In this document: piece after piece, positions 13,461 to 25,764 of the stretch | Position numbering within the stretch: the stretch's first letter is position 1 | How the letters are laid out: each line of letters begins with the position of its first letter | Assembly (NCBI RefSeq): GCF_000372725.1 | Contig: NW_005201286.1 | Coordinates: 62,001 to 126,000, forward strand | Length of the DNA: 64,000 nucleotides | DNA from: Emiliania huxleyi CCMP1516 | Taxonomy: Eukaryota | Direction of reading: 5' to 3' | Position numbers and translations under genes: made by a program | The notes under the pieces: generated by a model | Seen by the model: only the letters and a program-made list of their open reading frames with translations | Told to the model about the DNA's origin: nothing | The model's database searches: none

Positions 13461-14334
13461 TTGGGCCAGGTACCAATTTTGTCGAATTTATTTCAAAATC
13501 TGCAGGCGCGGAGCGCCTGCGAAAATTTTGAAGAAATTTGCAGTCGGGCCTGATTTTCATCAGGATCTTTCAAATTTGCGGTGTGGAGTTGGGGGGTGGG
13601 TTAGGTTAGGGTTATTAGGGTTAGAGGGTTAGGGTTAGGGTTAGGGTTAGGGTTAGGGTCAGGGTTGTCTGGTTGTGTCTGTATATGCCAGCGTTGCAGG
13701 GTTCTGCGCTGGGATCTGGCCCCACAGCGCCGACGACTAAGACTCAGCCCCACACGCTGACCTAGGGTTAGGGTTAGGGTTAGGGTTAGGGTTAGGGTTA
13801 GTCTTCTTGTGTTTGTATGCCAGCGTTGCAGAGTTCTGCGCTGGGATCTGGCCCCAGCGCCGACGAGTAAGACTCAGCACCGCACGCTGACCCCACCAAA
13901 TGCCGCCTCAGGGCGCCAGGCCGCCAGCCACTTCTTACACGCGGCCGGCGCCCTCTCGCGGCAAAAGGGTCGAGCGAGCGGGCAGAGTCGCGATGTCTGC
14001 GCACCCGCGTGCCGATGGGCGGCACACGCAACCGAGAGAGGCCCTGTCGCGCCGCCAGTAGCGTTCTCCGCACTCCCCACGCCACCAATTGCCGCCTCAG
14101 GGCGCCAGCCACCTCTTACACGCGGCCGGCGCCCTCTCGCGGCAAAAGGGTCGAGCGAGCGGGCAGAGTCGCGATGTCCCTGCGCACCTGGGTGTTCGCC
14201 GCCTATATGCTCTATCCTGTGCCAAGACGGACACATTTTGACAATCAAAATCTACCTCAAAATTTGCGGCCGCCCCTCGAAATTTGCTCATCAAAATTTG
14301 CGGTGGCCCGGATCGAAACCTGTACTTTGGCCAA
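13461..14334. mobile_element. Non-autonomous DNA transposon carrying interstitial (TTAGGG)n, copy 1
   Basis: Imperfect TIRs TTGGGCCAGGTAC.../...GTACTTTGGCCAA. 8-bp TSD CGGTGCGC at 13453-13460 and 14335-14342. TTAGGG tracts near 13600-13668 and 13764-13801. Near-identical to 28705-29410. Confidence 0.92.
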
Positions 14335-14344
14335 CGGTGCGCGC

Positions 14345-14744
14345 GGGAGCTCTGGGGGAGACCATGGCTGGCAGCGGAGGACCGCGGCACCTCCGCTGGC
14401 TGTCTAGCGCCGAGCACCTCTCTACTCCTCCTTTCCGCGCGGGGCGGCCGCTCCTTTGCCCCTGCCGTCCGGCCCGGATCTGCTCCGCGGCGCGTCAAAC
14501 TCCGCGTTCCAGGACGGGCGGGCTTGCCGAAGCAGCAAGCGAGGAGGCGGTCGATGGAGATGGTCGGCGCCGCGTAGTGCGACGTGAGTCTCCGGTGGTG
14601 CTCGAGGTGGTCCGCCGTCGACACAAAGAGCCACGGCACGAGCCTGGCGGAGGCGTCGGCCAGCTTTGGCGTGTGGATCAGGAGGTTGTTGAGCGAGACC
14701 ACTCCGACGGCGAGGAACATCGACATGCGATCGGGCCGGAGCAC
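14345..14744 (-). pseudogene. Orphan C-terminal exon of a fatty acid hydroxylase/sterol desaturase-family protein
   Basis: NLLIH, DHLEHH His-box and HYAAPTISIDRL. Starts after an AG acceptor with no upstream exons visible; the frame runs into the transposon. Confidence 0.5.
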
Positions 14745-14936
14745 CTCCGGAGGTTGGGAGGGGGAGTGAGAGGGTGGGCGGGCGAGAGAAAGGGGGGGCA
14801 GACAGGCTCAAAAGAAGAATTTTAGGAAGATCAACCTCGCACAACATCAACGAAGAAAAAGAATGCGTAAACGAGAAAAAGAAAAGGCGCAAGATATAAA
14901 CTTCTCCCCCTACCCCTAGGTACGCGAGCTCGTACT

Positions 14937-17385
14937 TCAATAGATGTAGCAGCTGGGCTCCTCCGCCCTGCTGCAGGATAAGTACCACGTCAGCGCGGCG
15001 CCCACCAGGGCGCCGGCTGCGGCAGCTGCACCTCCGACGACCATCGGAGAGGGAGAGGCGCCGGAGGCGGACGGGTCTCCCTTGTCCAGCTGCCGCTTCC
15101 GCATCCCGCTCTCCGTCAGCGACAGCCCTCGCGAGCCGCTCGCGAGGGTCAGCAGCTTCCGGTCCCGGACCGGGATTTTGACGCTCCCCAGCATCTTGGG
15201 CACCACGACGCGCAGGACGCCATTCTCCGTCGTTGCCTCGATCGCCGACACGTCGATCATCGACAGCGACGAGGGCAGGCAGATATCGTGCGAGACGGTC
15301 CGTGTCTCGACCAGCTTCTCCTTGTCCCCGCTGCGCCTGTGGCCCGGGGGCGAGCCCGCGGTGAGGGCAGCGGCGAGGGCCGCGGTGAGGGCAACGGCGC
15401 GGGCGACAGTAGCGATGCCTCTTCTCCTTCTCCTTCTCCTTGCGCAGGCGCTCAACCTTGTTCCCCTCGCTGTCCACCTCCGTGTTGCCCTTCACCGAGA
15501 GGACGCCGTCCTCCAGCGACACATCCAGGTCCTCTGGATGCAACCCAGGCGCCTATACCTCGTCCGAGAAATGACGCGACGAGCAGGTGTGTCTAATGGG
15601 ATAGCGGAGTTAGGCGCGGGGCACCTCGATGGTCACGGTGAAGGCGTCGGCAGAGTCCCGCTCGACCACGTCCCTCGGGCCGCCACTCTCGTCGCCCCCA
15701 TAGGCGCTGCGCGGGACGATGTCGAAGGAGATGCGATCGGTGAGAAAGGTGAGCACCTATCGGGACATGTGAACGGACATCTCGTCGCGGGTGTATGCCC
15801 GTGGCGACGCGAGAGGACTGGGTCGGGGGCGAACAACTGCAGAGGGAGTAGTCGTGTCTCGCTAGAGCCCGCATCACCGTGTTCGAGAGGAAGTCGTCGA
15901 TGATGCCCAGCACGAGAGCGTACAGCGTCGTGTGGAGACGCGACACCAGCGCCCGGCGGCCCTTGCCGAGGACATCGTACCACTGAGGAAAGGGGATCGC
16001 AGGCGGGAATGAGCCGCCGAGCGCCGGCAGCACAGGCGGCAGACGTGCCGATCAGAGTGTCTAGGAGAGTCGCGTGTGGATTTGTGTCTCGGCGGCGTTG
16101 CCTTGTCCTCCTCGGGCGCGGCGCCAGACTCCCTTGCGAAGCTCGCGACGGCGTCGAGGTCGAGCGGAGTCAGCGACGAAGAGAGCTTCTGCGCGCGCTC
16201 CTCCACAGAGATGCTCTTGCCGTTCTCGTCCTTGATGGCCTCGAAGCTCACGCGCACGTCATGGCCGCACACGGTGATGCGGAAGGTAGCAGCGAGCGAG
16301 TCGAGGAGGCGGAACAGAAGCTGGAGGCAGTTGATGTACAGCTTGCGCTCCACGAAATCGGGCACTAGCTTTTGGTTCACCTGCAGTGGCACGTGTTCGA
16401 TCACTCTTGAGCGTGCGCTTGATGGGTGACTGCGCGCTTGTGTGGTAGCCCCGGGGGCAGCCTGCTGTTGTGCTGTGAGATTCATTGCCGGATTGGCGAG
16501 CTGCCGTTTGAAGCGGTATAGGCTATGGTGGACTGTCCATCACTCACCGCAGGATTGGCGAGCAGCCGGTCCGCAACGAGCTCCAGGCCCTAGGAGAGAA
16601 GCGAGGCGAGGTATTGTGTGTGGCTCCTCACAAGGGAATGAGTGGCGGGCGCCTAGATAAGGCTCAAGACTGCCCAGGGGCCAGGGGCATGCGGAGCATG
16701 CGTCTCAGGAGTCTCAGGAGTCTCAGGAGTGTCGGGAAGACTCTCGGGAGAGCGTCGGGTGCGTCTGAAGCGTTCACCTCGTGATGCCGCGCCACCTCGC
16801 GCACGATGCCGCTCACCGCGCCGAGCGATTCGAGCCGCCGCACGATCATCTTGTGGCCAACGACGTCCATGCCGTGCAACGAGGAGAGACCCTTGTACAC
16901 GGCGTTGAGCGCAATCTTGACTGTTGACAGGTAGATTTGTTTCTCCACGCTGTCAGGGATGGACTGGATGTTGAGGTCGGCGTCGTTGAGAATCTGGGAC
17001 CGCGGCGCAGTGCGGGTGTCATCGGTGGGAGAACACCCCCACGCGCACTCCACCTGAAGCGGGTGTGTGCGGTCATAGGTGTGCGGTCATCGTGAAGAGC
17101 GACCGCCGCCCGTGACTGCCGCTTGGAGGAGCGCTGGCGGCGGCGCGCAGCGCCGGGTGGAGCGTCGCGGTAGTCTATACGCCCTGTACAGGGTAGAGTC
17201 TCGCAGCCTCTCTGAAGCATTACCTCCTCCACAAACTGCTCCACCATCTCGAGCGGCACCCCGCTCGGCCACAGCGGGTTGCTCTCGCTCTTGGAGGAAG
17301 GTTCCTCCTTTGGCTCCGCGGCCGCCTCGCTCGCGGCCGACGAGCCGCTGCTGCGCCGCCCCGAGCTGCTCCTTCGGTCGCTCAT
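14937..17385 (-). CDS. Multi-exon protein with repeated IPDxVE(R/K)xxY helical segments, an Hsp20/alpha-crystallin domain and a hydrophobic tail
   Basis: Exons encode NIQSIPDSVEKQIY and QKLVPDFVERKLY, then FTVTIE|APGLHPEDLDVSLEDGVLSVKG ... IEATTENGVLRVVVPK (Hsp20 signature), and C-terminal AAGALVGAALTWYL. Confidence 0.7.
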
Positions 17386-18165
17386 ACGGCTGAGTGCGGG
17401 GTGTGTGGACAAGGGAGGAAGCCGCGCGGATGATGCTAATAATGACCGTCGGAAACGAACCGTGTTTGGATTTCGGCCGTCCCTCATTCTGGAGTGATTT
17501 CACGGAGGCACAGATACAGGTGAGGAATGACGGACGTGCGATAGTTCTGCCTGGCTCCACGACACTCTGTGATCGTGCCCGAGCTTCCCGATCTTGTCAA
17601 TCAATGATATTTCGTTCGACTAAAAACTAACGGACGGCTGGGCGCTTCGAGAGGGCGGTCGCCGTCGGTGCACATCGACGATCATGGCGAGCGAGCAGCC
17701 CCGCAGTGAGTGGATGCAGCCCACCGGAGGTACTGTCTGAGGTGGGGCCCGGCGCGTGAGGCTCGTTGGCGTCCGCCATCACCGCCTGCGGCCACTGCAG
17801 AGTCGGCCAAACCAGGCTCGATTTTGGCCATTTTGGCACGGACCCTTGCGGACTCTTCACAGCTGGGTCCCGGTGCACCCGGCGAGTACAATGCTGTCTT
17901 AAGGTCCGACCTGTGGGCACCGCCGCCTGCGCTTTGCACCGGGCACCCTGCAGCAGGCACCGCCTCGGTATACAAAATCTGCCCCTGCGGGCCGACCCTC
18001 ACAGATCACAGATCACACAACCCCGGGCCCAGATCGCAGCACTGACAGTCGAGAACGGCACCGACAGAGAGAGATCGACGCCGTCTTCACCAACCCCGGG
18101 CCCAGATCACGCCTTTTCTTTTCTTCGCCAGTCCCGCGTGAAGTGTTGTGCGAGGGAGTTTTGTT

Positions 18166-18500
18166 GTCACTTGGAGCACAACTGTACTCAGTGCAGTTGG
18201 CAGCCGGGGAGCTATGAAGCGCACCCAGCGGGCCAGATGCTCGGGGACGGGCTGCGGGCTAGAGCGCCCTAGCCCTGGGCGCTGGGGGGTGCGCGTTCCG
18301 CAGGGAAGGCGCCAGGAGCACTTGGAGCACTTAGAGTGCAGTCGCTAACCTCGTCACATCCATGGCCGGGGAGCTAAGAAGCGCACCCAGCGGGCCGGAT
18401 GATCGGTATCGGGTTACGGGCTAGAGAGCCCTAGCCCTGGGGGGTTGTGCGTTCGGCAGGGAGGGGCGGGCCATAAGGTAAACACGGGTCTGGGTTAGTT
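18166..18500 (+). repeat. Dispersed repeat family V, two tandem units; another copy at 32725-32910(-)
   Basis: GCCGGGGAGCTA(A/T)GAAGCGCACCCAGCGGGCC...GGGCTAGAG..CCCT seen three times, each locus directly downstream of a family U copy. Confidence 0.8.
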
Positions 18501-18763
18501 CTGCTGTTCGCCTGTTCGCCTTCCGAGATGGTTAGGCGACGATTGCGGGGCCCGCCTTCCCCTCTTATGCATCCTCGCGCCTTCTCTGTCTAATCCTGTT
18601 GACTCCACCGCAACCTACAGAAATTCTTTTATTCAAGTGTCCTTTGAGAGCTAGCGGTAGGGACCTGCGGCTGGCGCTGAGGTCCGTATGGAGCTCCGGG
18701 TCGCAGAGGGACCCCTCCTCGGTGACTGGGCAGCAGCGTCGGGTCCTGGCAGCACTGGATCGC

Positions 18764-20881
18764 ATGGCGCAGGTACAACACGAGATTGTAGGTGAGGCTC
18801 CGTGGTGTGAGGAGGGATGGGCACCCCCGCGTGAATTCTTTTGTTCAATGGCCTCCGATGGAAGGTGCGCGATGGAGAGCGGGTCGGCGGAGTCCTCCTC
18901 CCTCGTGCACGACCCGCTGACCCCGTCGGCGAAAGCGCTCGAGGCGCTTGAGGCTGCACTCGCCGCCATCGCAGCTGTAGAAGCAGGCAGCTCAGCACTG
19001 CCGCCCGAGGGTGGCAACGGGCCGCCGCCCGCTACTGGAACGCAGCCACAGCCGCCGCCTGCTGCTACAGCACAGCCACAGCCGACTCAGGCAGCCGTCC
19101 CAGTTCCGGTTGGTGCTGCGAGCGGAGCGAGCAGCGATAACGCACCTCCAGCTTCTCCGCTGAGTATGACGAGCGGTTTGACGCGACCTTTGAATCCCAT
19201 CGTTTGTGCCGCGGCAGTGCGCTCGTGCAGACCGCCGTGCGCGGAGCGGGCTTCCAAACCGCCTCCGCCGCCGATGCGGGCCGAGACGCACGATATCGTC
19301 GGCAGCGCAGCGGTGCGCCAGAATGGTCGCGTCCTGTCTGCATCCGAGCCGGCGGACACGTCCTCAGCTGCGGCCGCCGCGTTGACGCCGGGCGCTGCCG
19401 CGTTGACGCCGGCCGTGCCGCTCGATCCTCTGGCGATCGACGAGGTGGACGGGCTGCTTGCGGTTGGGATGCGCGTGCGCACCGCGTTTGGCGACCGAGG
19501 GACGGTCCGCTTCGTGGGCGAGCGTGCAGTTGGGAGGCCCGTTTGGCACTGCGCGCGGGCGTGAGTCGCGGCCTGCGGTTAGGCGAGACGCGGTTCCGGG
19601 AGGGGGAGTGGGTCGGCGTCGAGCTCGACGAGGCGCGCGGCAAGAACGACGGCGCAGTGCAGGCGCGGCCACCAGCGCCGCGGTCACGCGGCGAGAGGCA
19701 GAGGAGAGAGCCCCTTACGGAGCGGCGCCTGCGAGCAGGGCGTGCGCTACTTCGACTGCGCGCCGAGGCACGGCCTCTTCACGCGCCCCGACAACCTCGT
19801 CGTCGCCACGCCGCTCTCTCCGCTCGCGCCGCGCCCCGCAGCCTCCGCCGCCGCGCCGCAGCACAGCCTCCGCAGCTGGCGCGCCGCCCCTCGCCGCCCG
19901 CCCCTCGCCCGCCCGCCCCTCGCCGCCCGCACCTCGCCGCCCCTCGCCCGCCCGCCCCTCGCCCGCCCCTCGTCGTGCCTCGCGGGACGGGGCGGCGAGG
20001 CTGCAGCGCTCCGGCTGTAGGTCCGCGCCCGTGCTGGGGCAGGGAGCCGGCGGCGACGACGACGACGCGTCCCGGTCGCACGGCGGCTCCCCGTCCCGCC
20101 GCCGCCCGCCCACGGGTGGCCCGTCGCTCGCCGCCGAGGCACCGCCGACCTCCCTCCACCCCCTCTCCCTCTCCCTCCGCCCCACGCTCTCCGCCCCACT
20201 CCCTCCGCCCCACTCCCTCCGCCCCGGGCGCAGGCGTACTCGCCGTGGCCGACGCACGTCCTGCCGGCGGGCTGGAGGGAGGCGTGGCAGGGCGGCGGCG
20301 CGCACAGGGCGCCTCTGCCGCCAGGCCGGCTGCCGGTCGAGCGAGCGGGGCGGAGCGGCTCACCGCGCAAGCTCGCCTCCTCTGACGGACCGCCCGCCGA
20401 GAGAGCAGGTGCGCGTCTACGTGACCAGCACCGCCGCCGAGGCGCGCACCGCCAAGCACTGCCGCCGCGTCATCGACCTGCTCAGCGCGAAGAAGGCGCG
20501 TGCGCAGACAGAGAAGCTGGAGGAGCGGCACCGGCCCCACTGGCCTCCCACGCCGCGCCCCGCCCCCGTGCGCCGCAGGTGCCCTTCGACATCTTCGACC
20601 TTGCCGCCGACCGGGTCGGCCGAGGCGGCGTCGTCGTCGACCGCGAGGCGCTGCGCGGCTTGCTGCGGCACGAGCGGCTGCCTCGCGTCCAGGTCGGAGA
20701 CGGGCCCCTCCTCGACGCGGGGCAGCTGCAGGCGGCCAACCCTGCGCTCCGCCAAGCCCCTCTCCGCCCCGCCCCTCGCCAGCGCAACCCTCCCCCGACG
20801 CCGCAGGACCTCGAGGACTTTGGCGAGCTCGACCCAAAACTGCGCGCGGTGCTACGCTCCTTTGGCACGCCCGCGGGGTAG
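18764..20881 (+). CDS. CAP-Gly domain protein with C-terminal glutaredoxin/SH3BGR-like domain
   Basis: GTVRFVG|ETRFREGEWVGVELDEARGKNDGAVQ|GVRYFDCAPRHGLF (CAP-Gly GKNDG); VRVYVTS...HCRRVIDLL...LPRVQVG...GELDPKL. Start codon uncertain. Confidence 0.8.
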
Positions 20882-21135
20882 AGACTAGAGAAACACGCCT
20901 ACAAGTGCGCGCCTGGCGCGGCGGCACCTGCCTGCACGCGCGTCCTCGCCGCCGCAGGAAGAGAGGGTTATACGTAGTAAAAGAATAAGCTTGCGCCGCG
21001 TGGAGCAGAAAGACAAAACGGCAGAGCCTGTCCGGCCTGTGGCACGCTGAGAGCATTCGTCGGAAAGAAATCGGTATAGGCTTCCACAAAAAGAAATCAC
21101 AGTTGGCCGGCCACCTCTTGCGCCGCCAAGCCGTC

Positions 21136-23253
21136 ATGCCCGCCCCGCCCTCCCGCGCCACCGCCGCGCTCCGCACGCCTCCTCCGTCTGCTGGCAGCGC
21201 GCCGGGTGGTGAAGCCCCAAAGAATGTCCTCAAGGCGGCTACGGACGGCCGCGTGGGACCGGTGCGACAGTGGCTGAATGAGGGCGGGAAGGCGGACACG
21301 CTCGCTGAGTTACCCTCTGAGGCCGGCAAGATGGTTCCATGCACGCTGCTGATGATCGCCGCACAGCACGGGCACGTGCAGATTGTCGAGCTCCTCCTGA
21401 AGCGTGGTGCGCACATCAACCTGCAGAACAGTCTCGGCAACACAGCACTGAACGGTGCCGCCTACCACGGCCGCGAGCGAATGGTGGACGTGCTGCTGCA
21501 GCACGGAGCGGAGGTAGACTCGCAAGACGCCTGGCCGGCGCTGGCAGCGGCTGCCCAGGGCGGCAAAGGGCGGGTCGTCGACCTGCTGCTGCGGCGTGGC
21601 GCAGAGATCGACCTGCAAGACAAGAACGGCGACACCGCGCTGATGCTCGCCACTTTCTACGGCCATCCCGCCGTCGTTCTCCGCCTGCTGCGGGCGGGCG
21701 CAGACATGACGTTGCGCAATGCGGACGGCAAGACGGCGCTGCAGTGGGCCAAGAATGAGGGCCACACTGAGTGCGTCGAGGCGTTCAGGACGTACCTCGG
21801 GGAGGTGGCGGCGGCGGGCCGGAGCAAGGCGCCGTCGGCTGAGGCAGGCGGCGCAGGCGAGGCGGTGGGTGCGAGTGCCGCGGCCTCTGCTTCGAGCGTC
21901 GAGGGCGGCGCGGAGGCCGAGCCGAGCGGCGGTGCGGTACCAGAGGAGGTTGCGCACGCGGCTGAGGACGGCGAGGAGGCGGTTGTGATGGCGTGGCTCG
22001 ACGGCGGCGGGCGGGTGAACACGACATTCGAGTACGTCCTTTCGAGCGGCTCTCTGAGCGGCATGACGCTGCTGATGATCACAATGGCCGACGGCCGCGA
22101 GGGGCTGGCCGAGGCGCTGCTCCAGCGCGGTGCGGATGTCTCGTTGCAGTCCAACAACGGCGGCACGGCGCTGAATTCCGTGAATGGCCGCGAGAAGCTG
22201 GTCGAGCTGGCGTTGCGGCACGGCGCGGAGATCAACCAGCAAACTACCTTCGGCGGCACCGCGCTGATGGGCGCCGCCTGCAAAGGCCACGAGAAAGTGG
22301 TCGACTCGCTGATCCGGCACGGCGCAGCGATCGACCTGCAAGACAACAACGGCGACACCGCGCTGATTTGGGCCGCTGTCTACGGCCACCCCGCCGCCCT
22401 TCTCCACTTGCTCCGGGCGGGCGCAGATATGACGCTGCGCGCTCACGGCAACACCGCGCTGCAGTTTGCCAAGGAGAAGGGCCACGCCGAGTGCGTGCGC
22501 GCCCTCGCGGAGCATGCGGCGGCGGCGAAGGCGGCGGAGAAGGCGGCGGCGGAGGCGGCGTGGGCCGCAGGAGCGGCGGAGAGGGCGGCGCAGAGGGCGG
22601 CGGAGGAGAAGGAGGCGGCGCGGCATGCCGAGGAGCTGCTGGCGGAGGTCGAGGCGGAGAAGCGCGCCAAGGGCAAGAAGGGCAAGAAGAAGAAGAAGAA
22701 CGGCGGCGGGGCGGGCGCGGCTGGGCCGTCGCAGGAGCCCGAGGAGGGTGCCGAGGCGCCGTCGGAGGCAGACGCAGCCGAGGCGGCGAAGAAGGCCGAG
22801 GAGGCGAGGCTTCTTCTGCTTCTCGAGACGCTCACCGAGGAGAGGATGCGGTTCGGCATCACGCCGGAGAGCCAGGCGGCGGCGTCGGCAGCGGTGGCCG
22901 AGGCGGCGCGTTTGGACGCGGAGGCAGACGAGGCGGAGGAGAAGGAGGAGGCGGAGGCGGAGGCGGTGGGAGAGGCGGCCGAGGCGGCGGACGAGGCGAG
23001 CGAGGAGGAGACAGCGGAGGGGCAGGCTGCGGCGGCGCGCGAGGAGGCCGAGGCGGCCGAGGCCGCGCGTTGGAGTGCGGAGGCGGAGGCGGCGGAGGAG
23101 GCCGCGGCGGAGGAAGAGGCTGCGTTGGCGGCGGAGGAGGCGGCGATGGAGGCCGCAATCTCCGCCGCCAAGGCGAGGCGCGCGTCGGTGGCGACGGCGA
23201 GGGCCAAGGCAGCGGCAGCCAGGATGGCGGCGGAGGCGGCCCAGCGCTCATAG
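21136..23253 (+). CDS. Ankyrin-repeat protein (two ANK blocks) with Ala/Glu coiled-coil tail
   Basis: Intronless ORF with multiple GxTALxxAAxxGHxxxVxLLLxxGA repeats. Confidence 0.92.
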   Translation: MPAPPSRATAALRTPPPSAGSAPGGEAPKNVLKAATDGRVGPVRQWLNEGGKADTLAELPSEAGKMVPCTLLMIAAQHGHVQIVELLLKRGAHINLQNSLGNTALNGAAYHGRERMVDVLLQHGAEVDSQDAWPALAAAAQGGKGRVVDLLLRRGAEIDLQDKNGDTALMLATFYGHPAVVLRLLRAGADMTLRNADGKTALQWAKNEGHTECVEAFRTYLGEVAAAGRSKAPSAEAGGAGEAVGASAAASASSVEGGAEAEPSGGAVPEEVAHAAEDGEEAVVMAWLDGGGRVNTTFEYVLSSGSLSGMTLLMITMADGREGLAEALLQRGADVSLQSNNGGTALNSVNGREKLVELALRHGAEINQQTTFGGTALMGAACKGHEKVVDSLIRHGAAIDLQDNNGDTALIWAAVYGHPAALLHLLRAGADMTLRAHGNTALQFAKEKGHAECVRALAEHAAAAKAAEKAAAEAAWAAGAAERAAQRAAEEKEAARHAEELLAEVEAEKRAKGKKGKKKKKNGGGAGAAGPSQEPEEGAEAPSEADAAEAAKKAEEARLLLLLETLTEERMRFGITPESQAAASAAVAEAARLDAEADEAEEKEEAEAEAVGEAAEAADEASEEETAEGQAAAAREEAEAAEAARWSAEAEAAEEAAAEEEAALAAEEAAMEAAISAAKARRASVATARAKAAAARMAAEAAQRS

Positions 23254-23725
23254 AGAGCTGCTTGGGAGCACACTGCACGCATGGTTCGAACACGGGCGCG
23301 TCATCGCTGTTTCGCAGTTTCGATTGGAGGCCCCGCAGCCAATCTCGTCATCGCTGTGTGGAGCTCCGGCGCGTGGAGCCTTTGGTCGGATTTGGGCCAC
23401 GGCGATCTTGAGCAGGACGTGCTGCTGCCCAAGTCGAAGGTCGAGGGTGGGGGTTGGGACAACGAGAGGAGAGGGAAGACAACATGTTTGTGCTTTTTTC
23501 TGCAAATACAAGTATAGGTAAACTCTTCTCCACACATTTGTGTGTGGTGATTATTACTAGATTGACGGGGGGTGAGCGGACTGAGGTCTGAGGACTGAGC
23601 AGTGTCCAGTGAGCACTGACATGTCTCAACGACTCAAGCCAAAACACATACACAAGTCACAACACACCTCCGTGTACTGCTTTGCACATACCGACGACAC
23701 GCTTTGCGCCCTTCTCTCACTTGGC

Positions 23726-24157
23726 TCACGTAAGCTCCTCGGGAAAGACGTGCCCCGTCCCGCGGAGGCCTCCGCACGCATGCGCCGAGGTAGCCGGGCG
23801 CTCCGTGGGGTCCCCCATGACCTGACGCCGGAATGCCTGGATGCGATGCCAGGACGCATTCTCATAGGCGTGGCGCTGGCCTCGGATGCGGGAGACCTCC
23901 TCGCTGAGCGCGTCCTCCACATCATACTCGCGCCGCTCCAGCGCGCGCCACTCCCTCCAGCGCTTGGTAAAGGCCTTCTCGTCCCTCAGGCTGCTGAGCG
24001 CCGCCGTCGCCTGTTGGCGTGCGGCGGCGGCGCGAGACTTCGACGCGGCCCGCCGCTGCCGCAGCCATGCCTCCTCGCTCTCCCGGTACTGCTCGAGCCG
24101 CCGCTCCCCGCTGTTGTCTAGCTCACGGCGTTGGAACCCGTGATCCGTTGGTTGCAT
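23726..24157 (-). CDS. Hypothetical coiled-coil ORF or gene fragment
   Basis: Charged helical sequence with coding-like codon use; abuts the Kelch fragment head-to-head. Confidence 0.4.
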   Translation of the reverse strand: MQPTDHGFQRRELDNSGERRLEQYRESEEAWLRQRRAASKSRAAAARQQATAALSSLRDEKAFTKRWREWRALERREYDVEDALSEEVSRIRGQRHAYENASWHRIQAFRRQVMGDPTERPATSAHACGGLRGTGHVFPEELT

Positions 24158-24210
24158 GTGCTTGACGAGCACGGGACCGCAGCGAGGCTCCACCCCCACA
24201 GCGCCGTCCC

Positions 24211-24585
24211 AACTCGGTGGAGCGGTACGACCTGACTACGAAATCGTGGGAGGCGGTGGCGCCGATGGCCACGGCGCGGTGTTCCTTCAGCGCGGCGGTG
24301 CTTGGCGGAAAGTTGTACGCTATGGGCGGTGGCGACCACCTAAGCTCGGTGGAGCGGTACGACCCGGCGCTGCATGCGTGGGAGGCGGTGGCGCCGATGG
24401 CGACGGCGCGGGAGCACTTCGGCGCCGCGGTGCTCGACGGGAAGATCTACGCCGTGGCCGGTTGCAATTTTGACGGCGTCGACCCTCTCAGCTCGGTGGA
24501 GCGGTACGATCCTGCTGCAAACGAGTGGGAGGAGGTGGCGCCGGTGGCGACGGCGCGAGACCATCTTGGCGCTGCCCTGCTTTGA
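24211..24585 (+). pseudogene. Kelch-repeat gene fragment (5'-truncated)
   Basis: Three SVERYD...WEAVAPMATAR...GKLYAxGG repeats; no ATG; a further degenerate repeat at about 24600-24720. Confidence 0.75.
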
Positions 24586-25016
24586 GTTCGCGCACATGAT
24601 CGTTTGACGATTGTGGTTGTTGCGAACGGGCCGTTTACTCCCTTTCCCGCACGCCGCTCGCCGGTCAAGCGCTACGATCCGAGAACGAACGCGTGCGAGG
24701 CAGTTGCGCCGACGGCGGCCGTACTGTAAGCCTTGTGCATTGGGGCCGGACAGCCTTTACATACGTGTGTGCGCGCTCTTTTGCGAATGGCAGACACGTT
24801 CTTTTGCGCATACAGAGTCCGCACCTCCCCAGGACCTCCGCAGCACCAAAGTAGAGATACGCGTTGCATCGTTTTTCTTTGAAGATTGATCGCTGTGGTG
24901 CCGTTTTTCTTCATTGCCCCGCGGCCTTAGCCCCCACAGTGGCCCCGGGCCAAGTGGCCATCGGACAGCCGCTCTCCCGCGAGTCTAGTCTTGGAGATTC
25001 TCTAGCGTGGCAGACG

Positions 25017-25686
25017 ATGCGAACCTCGCGGAGAGCATGCTCCTCGTTCGTGCTCGCGGGTCATCCCGTGCTGCGTCGCGTCGCCACGCCGGTCCGCGGC
25101 GTCGCAGCGAGGGCCGACCTTCCACGCCTCGACGCCGCGCTTCGCAGCGCGCTCGGTGAGCACTACGGCGTGGCGGCGCCACAGCTCGGCACATCGGCGC
25201 GCGTGTTCCTGCTCCGTGCCCACGCCGACGACGGGCCCTGGATCGCGATCAACCCGTCCATACAGCGCCGCTCGCGGGAGATGGTCGCTGGGTGGGAGAC
25301 ATGCCTCTCGGTGCCCGGCTATGCGGCTAGCGTCGAGCGGCCCGCCGCGGTCGACGTGCGGTACGAACGGCTCGACGGCACCGCAGTCGAGCGGCGGCTG
25401 CGCGGCTTCGAGGCGCGAGTCTTCCAGCACGAGCTCGACCACCTCGACGGCATCCTGTTTACGGACAAGTGCGCCCGCTGCCTCCACCGCCGCCGCGGCC
25501 TCCCCTTGTCACCGCGCCGCCCCGCGCGCCCGCAGGGCCGACCCGCGCAGCCTGGTGCACGAGAGCTACCTGCTTGGCGATGGGCCCGACTCGGAGGCCG
25601 TGTGTGCGAGCCTGCGGCAGCTCGCGCCGGAGTACGAGGAGGAGGAGTACGAGGAGAGTGCCGGAGAGGGGCCTAGAGGACCTTGA
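25017..25686 (+). CDS. def: Peptide deformylase (organellar)
   Basis: YGVAAPQ, ETCLS and QHELDHLDG motifs; intron 25469-25535. Confidence 0.88.
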
Positions 25687-25764
25687 GATGAACCTGTTCT
25701 TTAGTTGGCCCTGAACACAGGGGAGAGTTTTTGCACATTCTTTTGTGGCTGCCTGTGTAGTGCT

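Noticed and set aside
13600..13801. True chromosome end or telomere fusion
   Set aside because: The tracts are internal to a TSD-flanked element present twice.
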